Below, piece by piece: positions 9,156 through 17,314 of a stretch of 64,000 nucleotides of DNA (positions within the stretch are counted from its first letter, which is position 1; each line of letters starts with the position of its first letter). Position numbers and translations under genes: made by a program. This DNA is from an uncultured bacterium (GTDB taxonomy: Bacteria > Bacillota_I > Bacilli_A > RF39 > UBA660): the NCBI GenBank assembly GCA_946643435.1, contig CAMPCD010000002.1, positions 13,370 through 77,369 of the forward strand, in the 5' to 3' direction. The notes below the pieces were generated by a model that was given only the letters and a program-made list of their open reading frames with translations, was not told the origin of the DNA and made no database searches.

Positions 9156-9899
9156 ATGAATGAGTATATTAATTTAGATGAAAAGAATATTGATGAAGAA
9201 CATATTTGTTGTGCTATAGGAGATCCTAAACATCAAGATGGTGTAGATAAAAAGAAAGAATGGATTAAAAGCAAATTAAAAGATGGACACGTATTTAGAA
9301 AGCTAAATGCAAGAGGTAAAATTTTTATTGAATATGAACCAATAGAAACGGCTTGGGTTCCTATTAACGGAAAAAATTATATGCATATTTACTGTTTATG
9401 GGTAGCAGGTAGCTTTAAAGGAAAGGGTATTGGTAAAGAATTATTAGAATATGCTATTGAAGATGCAAAAAATAAAAAAATGAGTGGTGTATGTACATTA
9501 GTATCACAAAAGAAGAAACCATTTATTGGAGATAAAAAATTCTTTGAACATTATGGATTTAAAGTTGTAGATACAATCAACGATTATGAATTAATGGCAC
9601 TTTCTTTTGATGATAAAGAAACACCTAAATTTAGTGATAGTGCTAGAAAAATGGAAATTGATAGTCAAGATTTTACTATTTATTATTCTAATGAATGTCC
9701 TTATGTAGAATATGAAGTAAAAGAATTATCTGATTATGCAAAAGATAAAGGAATTAAATTAGATTTTATTAAAATAGATTCGTTAGAAAAAGCAAAAAAT
9801 GCTCCATGTGTATTTAATAACTGGGCAAACTTTTATAAAGGTAAATTTGTCTCAAATACAATTCTTAATGCAAATGCATTTGAAAAACTGTTAAAATAA
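9156..9899 (+). CDS. GNAT N-acetyltransferase with YoaP-like C-terminal domain
   Basis: GNAT core YCLWVAGSFKGKGIGKELLEYAIEDAK. C-terminal half (ECPY...NAPCVFNNWANFYKGKFVS) resembles the YoaP-like domain. GAGG spacing favours ATG 9156 over 9150. Confidence 0.65.
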   Translation: MNEYINLDEKNIDEEHICCAIGDPKHQDGVDKKKEWIKSKLKDGHVFRKLNARGKIFIEYEPIETAWVPINGKNYMHIYCLWVAGSFKGKGIGKELLEYAIEDAKNKKMSGVCTLVSQKKKPFIGDKKFFEHYGFKVVDTINDYELMALSFDDKETPKFSDSARKMEIDSQDFTIYYSNECPYVEYEVKELSDYAKDKGIKLDFIKIDSLEKAKNAPCVFNNWANFYKGKFVSNTILNANAFEKLLK

Positions 9900-9935
9900 C
9901 ATGCACGGAAGATTAAAATATTAGGAATTTATAAA

Positions 9936-10181
9936 ATGAATAAGGAAATATTATTTCAAAATATAGATAAAGTTCATACCACTGAAATGGGTATTGATAG
10001 AATTAAAAAAAATCTAAAATTAGATACAAATAATGTGATTGAATTTTGTAAGAGCAAAGTATTAGATAAAAAATGTAATATTTATAAGCAAGGAAAGAAT
10101 TGGTATTGTGAAATTGATAATATTAAAATTACTATCAACTCTTATAGTTATACAATTATAACAGCACATATCATTAACTAG
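9936..10181 (+). CDS. DUF3781-like small protein
   Basis: VHTTEMGIDRIKKNL...KQGKNWYCEIDNIKITINSYSYTIITAH matches my recollection of the DUF3781 pattern. Confidence 0.55.
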   Translation: MNKEILFQNIDKVHTTEMGIDRIKKNLKLDTNNVIEFCKSKVLDKKCNIYKQGKNWYCEIDNIKITINSYSYTIITAHIIN

Positions 10182-10207
10182 AACAATCAGAATATTAAGA
10201 TATATAG

Positions 10208-10228
10208 AACGGATGAGAATCCGTTTTT
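10208..10228 (+). terminator. intrinsic terminator
   Basis: Hairpin aacgga/tccgtt followed by T5. Confidence 0.55.
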
Positions 10229-10229
10229 A

Positions 10230-10240
10230 TGTGGTATAAT
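10230..10240 (+). promoter_or_regulatory. extended -10 element TGTGGTATAAT
   Basis: Same 11-mer as at 4437, 50338 and 60343. The track ORF start at 10229 is the ATG embedded in it. Confidence 0.45.
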
Positions 10241-10270
10241 ATTTATATAAGTATAGAGGTAGACTATGGA

Positions 10271-10450
10271 ATGGATAATCCTGAAGATTTTTTACAATTA
10301 AAAAATAATTTAGAGTATGTAGCAACACATTTGATTAAGAAAGAAGATAATAATTTACATGGATTAACTAAGTTTATTTTTAATAATTTATATTGTGGTA
10401 AAATATCACAATCAATTTATAAGATATATGAATTTAATTTAAAAAGATAA
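10271..10450 (+). CDS. hypothetical small protein (59 aa)
   Basis: In-frame ATG downstream of GAGGT. No recognisable motif. The coding call is weak. Confidence 0.35.
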   Translation: MDNPEDFLQLKNNLEYVATHLIKKEDNNLHGLTKFIFNNLYCGKISQSIYKIYEFNLKR

Positions 10451-10549
10451 TCGGAAGATTTATAAAAGATTAAAAATACATAATTTTTATTAATGAAAAT
10501 AAATAACGTGTTTTTTATATTTGATTAAGTATAGGAAGGGAGAATGTAT

Positions 10550-11059
10550 ATGGATAACTTAAAAGAATATAGTAAAGATGAAATCATTAAAATGCTTGAG
10601 GAAAAGAAGATTAAAGCAAAAGATTTAACTGACTCAGGAATATGTCCTACATGCTTTAATAAAGAAAGCAATGGAGCAGTATTTGGTGATGACACTGATA
10701 AAACAATATATGAAAATGATAAGTTTAGCGTTTTCTTAGTTGGTAATCCAAGAGCTGAAGGACATACAGCAATAAGCACTAAAAAGCATTTTAAAGATAT
10801 GATGGATATTGATGATGATACTTGTAAAGAAATATTTGTACTTGCTAAAAAAGTAATGAATGTAATAAGAGAAGTATATAAGTCAGAAAGTGTTTATTTA
10901 TGTACAATGTGTGATGGACCTATGAATCATTTCCATCTTCAATTGATTCCAAGATATTCATTTGAAGAAAGAGGTTCAGATAATTTCGTAAAACCTAGAT
11001 TTGATTATAAAGAAGATAAAGAAAAAATAGAAAAGTTAAGAGAATTACTAAAGAATTAG
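10550..11059 (+). CDS. HIT-superfamily protein (HxHxQ variant)
   Basis: CPTC zinc-type motif, GNPRAEGHTAISTKKHF and HFHLQLIPR (H-x-H-x-Q as in the GalT-like branch, rather than HxHxH). GGAAGGGAG RBS lies 7 nt before ATG 10550. Confidence 0.7.
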   Translation: MDNLKEYSKDEIIKMLEEKKIKAKDLTDSGICPTCFNKESNGAVFGDDTDKTIYENDKFSVFLVGNPRAEGHTAISTKKHFKDMMDIDDDTCKEIFVLAKKVMNVIREVYKSESVYLCTMCDGPMNHFHLQLIPRYSFEERGSDNFVKPRFDYKEDKEKIEKLRELLKN

Positions 11060-11084
11060 TATAAAATTGCTAATTCTTTTTTTG
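11052..11084 (+). terminator. intrinsic terminator after the HIT gene
   Basis: Hairpin agaattag/ctaattct followed by T7. Confidence 0.6.
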
Positions 11085-11189
11085 TTGTAAAAATAGTAAT
11101 AAAAATACTGATTATTGTATGCATATTATTCTTTTATTATGATAAATACTATGATAAAATTATTATGTATGATAGTAAGGAGTGATAGG

Positions 11190-11765
11190 ATGAAGAAATT
11201 AGGTATGGTGATGTTAAACATAGTATTAATAGTATGGTTTATTATTGCTTTATTTACGACAGCATGCTTGTTATCTTATAACGATTTTAGAGTAACAACA
11301 TTTGGTAATTATTCATTAGTTATAGTAGATTCAGATGAATTAGAACCAGATTATCAAGAAGGATCTTTATTACTTGTTAAAAAGAATGGTAATAGTAAGA
11401 TTAATGTAGATGATAAAATATTCTATTACAATACTTCTAAAGATAATGATACAACTATTTATACTGATGTTATTACAAAGAAAGATGATATCAATAAAGC
11501 AGAGTCCACATTTACTCTAAGTGATAATCAAAAGGTTTCATCAGAGTTTGTGTTAGGTACAACAAAGAGTACAACTGTATTACCTTATTTAGGTACTGCG
11601 CTTGGTATCCTTACATCTAAGTGGGGATTTATGTTTATCATTATATTCCCAACATTATTCATGACATTATATGAGTTATTAATGATAATAGAATTATTCA
11701 GATCCGATTCTGATGAAGATGAAGAGGACAACAAAAATGAAAGACGCGATAAAAAGAAAGAGTAA
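11190..11765 (+). CDS. SipW/Sec11-like signal peptidase homologue with catalytic residues replaced (predicted pseudo-enzyme)
   Basis: N-terminal TM. Core aligns with the two downstream paralogues (IVDSDELEPDYQEGSLLLVKK vs VASGSMEPTLSINDLLIVK and VATGSMEPEYPVGDVIVVKK). C-terminal TM plus acidic tail. The SGSM and THR boxes are not conserved (SDEL, IYTDV). AAGGAG RBS before ATG 11190. Confidence 0.6.
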   Translation: MKKLGMVMLNIVLIVWFIIALFTTACLLSYNDFRVTTFGNYSLVIVDSDELEPDYQEGSLLLVKKNGNSKINVDDKIFYYNTSKDNDTTIYTDVITKKDDINKAESTFTLSDNQKVSSEFVLGTTKSTTVLPYLGTALGILTSKWGFMFIIIFPTLFMTLYELLMIIELFRSDSDEDEEDNKNERRDKKKE

Positions 11766-12309
11766 AATCATGTTATTTAGTATTATGTTCTTACTTATTG
11801 TTGTATTAGTTATAGTTGATACATATGCATTATTTGAGACAAATGGTAGTGCAGATGTTGAATACAATGTTGGTAAGTGGGAAATAAAACTTAATAACGT
11901 TAATATTTCACTAGAAAGAGTTATCACGTTAAATGACTTCGTATATACAGGTTCAACACACGTCGAGGATGGCTATTTTGCACCAGGAGTTAATGCAGAA
12001 TACGAACTAGATATTGATACTAGCAACACAGATACATCTGTAGAATATGATTTATTGATTGATGATAGCCATATTGAATTATATCCTAATATTCATTTTA
12101 AAATAATTGATTTAGATACAAATGAAGAATTAGTAGGTAATAATAAACATGGTGTTATAAGTGTAGATTCTACAAATAAGATTAAAAAGATTAAAGTAGT
12201 ATTAGAATGGGAAGATTTAGAAGAGTATGATGAATCTGATTCAACTCTTATCGGCAAAAGTCTAACATTTAACATGCAAGCTAATTTCAAACAATATTTA
12301 GGAGACTAA
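11737..12309 (+). CDS. secreted protein with SipW-class (TasA-type) signal peptide
   Basis: Basic N-terminus, h-region, then VDTYALFETNGS (compare TasA GGGTWAAFND). C-terminal LEWEDLEEYDESD...SLTFNMQANFKQ signature is shared with paralogues. Start is uncertain (11713, 11719 or 11737); it overlaps the upstream gene. Confidence 0.65.
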   Translation: MKDAIKRKSKIMLFSIMFLLIVVLVIVDTYALFETNGSADVEYNVGKWEIKLNNVNISLERVITLNDFVYTGSTHVEDGYFAPGVNAEYELDIDTSNTDTSVEYDLLIDDSHIELYPNIHFKIIDLDTNEELVGNNKHGVISVDSTNKIKKIKVVLEWEDLEEYDESDSTLIGKSLTFNMQANFKQYLGD

Positions 12310-12323
12310 AGGGGCTGATTGTT

Positions 12324-13229
12324 ATGAACCAAATAAGGATAATAACAAAAAAGATAGAAAATGTTTTATGTGTAGTCTTGTTGATAATATTAATATTTGC
12401 AGTATATGCAAAAGTTAAAATAACGTTCAACAAAGATATACATACTAATTTCTTTGGATACAGAGTATTCGAAGTAGCATCTGGTTCAATGGAACCAACA
12501 TTATCTATAAATGATTTATTAATAGTTAAGGTATCAGATGAAGAGTTAAAAAAAGATGATATCATTGCATACATGAGAGATGATTCAATAATTACCCATA
12601 GAATTATCATGGTTGATGAAAATTCGTTGATAGTTAAAGGTGATGCAAACAATACTATAGATTCACCAATTAACAAAGATCAAGTAATTGGTAAAGTTGT
12701 TAAAGTATTACCTCAATTTGGTGTATGGCATAAGATATTCTCAGAACCTAAAATCTTAGTACTAATGTTTATAACATTATTACTATTTGACTTTGCTCTT
12801 TCATATGGTATTAAGAATGAAGAAACTAAAAAAGATGAAAATGTTTCTTCTAAAGATAAAACTAAGAAGACAACTACTAAACAAAAAGAAGTAGTTGAAG
12901 AAAAAGTAGAAGACAAAGTTGAAGATAAAGAAGAAGAGATAGTAATTAAAGAAATAAAAAATGAAGAAAAGAAAAAGAAGGAACAAAAAGAAAAATTACT
13001 AGAATTCACCAGAAAGATTGATCTTTCTCAATTAGATAATATTATTGATGATAAGACTGTTGATGGAGTTAAAGAAGTATATAAACCTATCAATGATAAT
13101 AAAAAGAAAGAAGAAAAAGAAGGGAAGAAAGAGAAATCTAAAGAAGAAGATTTATCTGAGACTAAAGAATATACAATCAGATTAGACTTAAATGAATTAC
13201 AAAAGAATATTCATAAAAAAGTTAAGTAA
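12324..13229 (+). CDS. sipW: signal peptidase I, ER/SipW type, with ~150-aa K/E-rich C-terminal extension
   Basis: All boxes are present: VASGSMEPTL, IITHRII, VKGDANNTIDSP. A second TM (ILVLMFITLLLFDFAL) is followed by a long KE-rich low-complexity tail. Confidence 0.8.
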   Translation: MNQIRIITKKIENVLCVVLLIILIFAVYAKVKITFNKDIHTNFFGYRVFEVASGSMEPTLSINDLLIVKVSDEELKKDDIIAYMRDDSIITHRIIMVDENSLIVKGDANNTIDSPINKDQVIGKVVKVLPQFGVWHKIFSEPKILVLMFITLLLFDFALSYGIKNEETKKDENVSSKDKTKKTTTKQKEVVEEKVEDKVEDKEEEIVIKEIKNEEKKKKEQKEKLLEFTRKIDLSQLDNIIDDKTVDGVKEVYKPINDNKKKEEKEGKKEKSKEEDLSETKEYTIRLDLNELQKNIHKKVK

Positions 13230-13240
13230 GTGAGGTGGGA

Positions 13241-13840
13241 ATGATGGAAGTAATTAAGAATTTTCTAAAAAATATTAACCTTAATGATTTTAAGAATAGA
13301 CTTATTATTTCCGTTGTTTTTATCATTGTTATTGTTACTATATTCTCAATTAGTTTTACTCAAGCTAGATATGAAACAGATACAACTGTAAGATTATCAC
13401 CTGACTTAGCATTCTTTATCGCAGATGTTCAAAGTGAAACAGGACAAATAAGGTTAGATGGTATGGTTCCTAGTGCAACACCATATCTATATACATTTAA
13501 TGTATCTAATTACTACAAACAAAAGAAAGCTAATGTAGATTTAAAGTATAAGATTGAAATAATAACAACAACTAACATGCCTCTTAGATATAAAGCGTAT
13601 CATGGTGATGATATGACTACGAACATAGTAAGCAGTCAATACTATGATACTGATTCGAATGGTGTTTACTATCAACATTTAGTTATTGATAGTGAATACA
13701 TATTACATTATCAAAATAAAGAAACTGATCAATTTACATTATATGTAGAATATCCTCTAGAATTTAAAAATAACTATAAGGAATATGCAGGTATTATTGA
13801 TCTAGTAGATATAAAAGTAAATGCAGAGCAGGTAGTTTAA
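13241..13840 (+). CDS. secreted protein with SipW-class signal peptide
   Basis: h-region then SISFTQARYETDTT. C-terminal LYVEYPLEF...GIIDLVDIKVNAEQ resembles the paralogue signature. Start could be 13241 or 13244, after GAGGTGG. Confidence 0.6.
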   Translation: MMEVIKNFLKNINLNDFKNRLIISVVFIIVIVTIFSISFTQARYETDTTVRLSPDLAFFIADVQSETGQIRLDGMVPSATPYLYTFNVSNYYKQKKANVDLKYKIEIITTTNMPLRYKAYHGDDMTTNIVSSQYYDTDSNGVYYQHLVIDSEYILHYQNKETDQFTLYVEYPLEFKNNYKEYAGIIDLVDIKVNAEQVV

Positions 13841-13841
13841 T

Positions 13842-14768
13842 ATGAAAAAAGTAATAAGTTTATTAAAAAGAATAAAACCTATTTATTACATTGTATTTAT
13901 GCCTCTATTGATATTTGGTACTTATACTTTTGCAAAGTTTGTTACTGAAGAGTTTCATAGTTACTTTACAAATAGTAAGAATTTCTATTTTACTAGTAAT
14001 ATCCTAACTGAAGATAATAATTTGTATCAAATAAACAACTGGATAGGTATAGGACAATTTAATATTTCATACGAATTATACTCAAAGGAAAACAACTATG
14101 TATTTACTGAATATGATGTTACTTACGTAACTAGTGTGTCTTGTTCAGATGACGTGTTATGTGAAGTAGATAAACCAAGTGGAACAATTTATTCTTCATC
14201 TCATGAAGAAGAAATACATATAAATATAGTTCCTCAAAGATTATTTAATGAAGGAGAAAAAATAGAAATTCAAATAAATGCTGAGTCATCGTCGCCTTAT
14301 GTTAAAAAACTAAGTGCTAAATTCGAATATATTGTAGGTAAACAAGGTGTTACCTATGAAATAGAAGATGAACCTAATAGAGCATATTTATTGTTGAAAA
14401 TAACTAACGCCTTAAACTATTGTACAGTGCAAACAGCATTTGATACTTATAGTGTAGGTGATGCTATTGAATATGATAAATATAGATCATTAAGTGATGA
14501 CAATAAAGCTAAATGTGTTAGTCAACATGCTAAGTTAGACTTTAATCCTAACGATGTAATTATTGATAATACTGGTGATATATTAAAGAAATCAACATTC
14601 ACGACAACACCAATAAGTGGTATTGATTTTATTAATAGATTGGAATTTAATATAGGGCCTCTTACAACAGCTTCGGTTAAATTCTATAAGAATAATCCTG
14701 CTAATAATTATACTTTCCCAGTAGTAAACAATAGCAGCATTATTGATGTTGAAATAACAGACCCATAG
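13842..14768 (+). CDS. secreted protein with SipW-class signal peptide
   Basis: h-region then FGTYTFAKFVTEE. 308 aa with 5 Cys. Starts 2 nt after the upstream stop. Confidence 0.6.
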   Translation: MKKVISLLKRIKPIYYIVFMPLLIFGTYTFAKFVTEEFHSYFTNSKNFYFTSNILTEDNNLYQINNWIGIGQFNISYELYSKENNYVFTEYDVTYVTSVSCSDDVLCEVDKPSGTIYSSSHEEEIHINIVPQRLFNEGEKIEIQINAESSSPYVKKLSAKFEYIVGKQGVTYEIEDEPNRAYLLLKITNALNYCTVQTAFDTYSVGDAIEYDKYRSLSDDNKAKCVSQHAKLDFNPNDVIIDNTGDILKKSTFTTTPISGIDFINRLEFNIGPLTTASVKFYKNNPANNYTFPVVNNSSIIDVEITDP

Positions 14769-14783
14769 GAAGAATGTGAAATA

Positions 14784-15758
14784 ATGGAATACAATGTTAT
14801 AGGAATATATACTAATTTTATTCAATCTAAATTGTTAGAATTATTTAAAATACTATTAAAGTATAAATATAATAGATCTGTATGTTTAAACTTTATTGAT
14901 AGATATATAGATGTAAGATATTACAATGAAACTAACTATCCTAAAGAAAAAGATTTTATTCAAAGATTAAATAGAGAATTAGTAGATGTATACAATCAAA
15001 ATGTTGATGATGATAATAAAGATGTATTAAAGAATATTGTAGCTTTATTTGGCTATATAACATATTTAGACGATTTATATAACATTGTAGAAGATGTAGA
15101 AGTTATTCACACATTAGTTACAGATGAAAACTTAAAGTTTGATAAAACTGATGAATTAGAAGATAAGATTAAAGAATGGTATTTAAGTTTCAATAAAGGA
15201 AAGAATAATTTCCAAAATGCCATTAGTTCAAAAGAGTTCTGTATAACTGAAAAAAGTGTATATAGAAAGTTGCATGAAGTTACTTTAAACCATAATGTTA
15301 AAGTATCTAATCTTTATAGTGAGTATGCAATTAATAAAGCATTTAATTCAGGAGTAGTTAATGAAGATAAAGAGTTTATTACGTATATATTAACTTCTCA
15401 ATTAGTATTAAATAGTGCAATTAATTTGGATTTTTCTTATAAGTATGTTGTACCTTTCTCTGAGTCATATTATTCAAAGGAGAAAAAGGCTGGTAGATTA
15501 TTAAATATTTTAAATAATCCATTAGCTAAGAAGTTAATTAATATTAAAATATATTATAGTAATTATTTAGAGAATAAAGAATTCATCAATGGATTAATAA
15601 AACAAGGTTATTCTTTTGCCTTAGTCCTTGATAATGAATTACAAGATTTAAATGAACTAGTTTTATTTACTTATATTTATGTGTTCGAAGATAGTAATAA
15701 TTTTGATATAATTGTAAGTAATAAAGATAAACTAGGAATTAAAGTAATAAAGGTTTAG
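14784..15758 (+). CDS. hypothetical cytoplasmic protein (324 aa)
   Basis: Long ORF with no TM or signal sequence. Tightly linked to flanking genes (gaps of 15 and 11 nt). No motif recognised. Confidence 0.6.
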   Translation: MEYNVIGIYTNFIQSKLLELFKILLKYKYNRSVCLNFIDRYIDVRYYNETNYPKEKDFIQRLNRELVDVYNQNVDDDNKDVLKNIVALFGYITYLDDLYNIVEDVEVIHTLVTDENLKFDKTDELEDKIKEWYLSFNKGKNNFQNAISSKEFCITEKSVYRKLHEVTLNHNVKVSNLYSEYAINKAFNSGVVNEDKEFITYILTSQLVLNSAINLDFSYKYVVPFSESYYSKEKKAGRLLNILNNPLAKKLINIKIYYSNYLENKEFINGLIKQGYSFALVLDNELQDLNELVLFTYIYVFEDSNNFDIIVSNKDKLGIKVIKV

Positions 15759-15769
15759 GAGGATAGAAT

Positions 15770-17311
15770 ATGGATACATTTTTTAGATTCTTATATGAAT
15801 TTCTCCATCAATTCTTTGATGGGTTAGGATATGTATGCCAAGGAATCGGTAAAGGTTTTGCAACAATCTTTAATATTCCTGGATATATGAATGTATTAAA
15901 TGATTATAAGGCTGATTTTAATATACCTGAATGGATATTTACTGGCCTTACAGTTATTTTATTACTTATTGTATTAGGATTAATAATTGGTTTATTCTAT
16001 TTCCTAATAAGAACAATATTTAAATTTAGAAAAACTGCTATTGATCAAGAAGCACTTCTAGAAGAAGTTGCAAACTTAAATGATGAAGTAGCAAAACTAT
16101 ATAAAGAAAAAGAAGATATACTTGCTATGCAAGTATCTAAATTGGGTATTAGACCTGATGAAGAAGTACCTGAAGGAGTTGAACCAAATGCTGCTTCAGA
16201 AGATGGTGAAGCTAATGGTGAACAAACTTCTGAAATCAGATTCCCTAAACTTAACGATGTTGATATCAAATTTAAAGATTATAAAGTTGCTAACTATAAT
16301 AACACATTTGAGTTACCAGAGTTAGTTGATATGTTTAGAAACTTTGCTGCCAGTCAATTAAAACTATATTATAAGACTGAAATGATAAGATTATTTATCT
16401 CAGCATTAGCATCAACTAAGCTTGTTATCTTACAAGGTATTTCTGGTACAGGTAAAACTTCCTTAGCATATGCTTGGGGAAAATTCTTAAAACATGACTC
16501 ATGTATTGCATCAGTTCAACCATCATGGCGTGATAGAACTGAGTTATTCGGATACTTCAACGAGTTTACTAAACGTTTTAATGAAACAGATGTATTAAAA
16601 CAATTATATGAAGCAAGTTATACTGATGATGTTTATACAGTAATCTTAGACGAGATGAACATCTCACGTGTTGAGTATTATTTTGCTGAAATGTTATCTA
16701 TTCTAGAAATGCCTAACAAAGATGAATGGATAGTTGAAATAGTTCCAAGTGCTTGGTCATCAGACCCAGTTAAGTTAAAAGATGGTAAATTAAAAATACC
16801 ACCAAATGTATGGTACATTGGTACAATCAATAACGATGACTCAACATTCATGGTTACTGACAAGGTATACGACCGTGCTATGCCAATTGATATCAATGAT
16901 AAAGGTGAGGTATTTGTACCAAATGAAGTAGAAGCTCAAGATATCAATTATTCTTATCTTGATTCCAAATTCCAAGAAGCTATTGCTGAACATCAAATAA
17001 GTGAAGAAACACTTAAGAAAATTGATGAAATGGACGATTATGTTATTCAACATTTCCGTATTGCCTTCGGTAACCGTATTGTTGCACACATGAGAAAATT
17101 CGTAGCAGTATTCGTTGGATGCGGTGGAGATGAAATAGATGGAGTAGATTACTTCATAGCTAGAAAGATTTTAAGAAAATTCGAACAATTAAATGTTGCT
17201 TATATTAGAGATGAAATTGATGGTTTTGTTGATTTCTTAAATAAGAAATTTGGGGAAAACAAAATGCATGAATGTATCGAATATCTATTAAGACTTAAGA
17301 AGATGGTATAG
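15770..17311 (+). CDS. membrane-tethered McrB-family AAA+ GTPase
   Basis: One TM (WIFTGLTVILLLIVLGLIIGLFYFLI), a coiled coil, an acidic linker, then LVILQGISGTGKTS (Walker A), TVILDEMNISRVEYYFAEMLSILE (Walker B region) and WYIGTINNDDST (NxxD). These are collinear with E. coli McrB as I recall it: FILQGPPGVGKTF / IIDEINRANLSKVFGEVMMLME / IIGLMNTADRS. AGGAGG RBS. Confidence 0.75.
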   Translation: MDTFFRFLYEFLHQFFDGLGYVCQGIGKGFATIFNIPGYMNVLNDYKADFNIPEWIFTGLTVILLLIVLGLIIGLFYFLIRTIFKFRKTAIDQEALLEEVANLNDEVAKLYKEKEDILAMQVSKLGIRPDEEVPEGVEPNAASEDGEANGEQTSEIRFPKLNDVDIKFKDYKVANYNNTFELPELVDMFRNFAASQLKLYYKTEMIRLFISALASTKLVILQGISGTGKTSLAYAWGKFLKHDSCIASVQPSWRDRTELFGYFNEFTKRFNETDVLKQLYEASYTDDVYTVILDEMNISRVEYYFAEMLSILEMPNKDEWIVEIVPSAWSSDPVKLKDGKLKIPPNVWYIGTINNDDSTFMVTDKVYDRAMPIDINDKGEVFVPNEVEAQDINYSYLDSKFQEAIAEHQISEETLKKIDEMDDYVIQHFRIAFGNRIVAHMRKFVAVFVGCGGDEIDGVDYFIARKILRKFEQLNVAYIRDEIDGFVDFLNKKFGENKMHECIEYLLRLKKMV

Positions 17312-17314
17312 TAT

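Noticed and set aside
11115-11189. Longer N-terminal extensions given by the track (starts at 4436, 5866, 6581, 10229, 11115, 31734, 35002, 39410, 53283).
   Set aside because: Downstream in-frame ATG or GTG codons have well-spaced Shine-Dalgarno sequences. The extensions run through promoter or terminator elements. Examples are TGTGGTATAAT at 4437 and 10230, and a terminator plus promoter upstream of 53364.
12287-13009. Antisense or alternative-frame ORFs in the track. Examples: 966-1157(-), 2584-2907(-), 5458-5790(-), 10525-10779(-), 11694-11927(-), 12287-12676(-), 12713-13009(-), 12801-12986(-), 16122-16325(+), 17200-17517(-), 18163-18515(-), 26122-26349(-), 55631-56055(-), 56502-56858(-), 56902-57096(+), 62844-63107(-).
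   Set aside because: Each lies wholly inside a longer ORF that has recognisable protein motifs. Their products are low-complexity (Ile/Leu/Phe/Ser-rich) mirror images of A/G-rich coding DNA, and none has an RBS. They are typical shadow ORFs of AT-rich genomes.
14784-15758. C-terminal half of the 324-aa protein as a degenerate EAL (c-di-GMP phosphodiesterase) domain. The spacing of INIKIYYS / GYSFALVLDN / FTYIYVFED / LGIKVIKV mimics lEitE / iAlDDFG / iKiD / vAEGVE.
   Set aside because: None of the catalytic signatures (EAL, DDFGTG, EGVE) is present, and the protein ends too early. The resemblance is only in hydrophobic periodicity, so it is not reported as a call.
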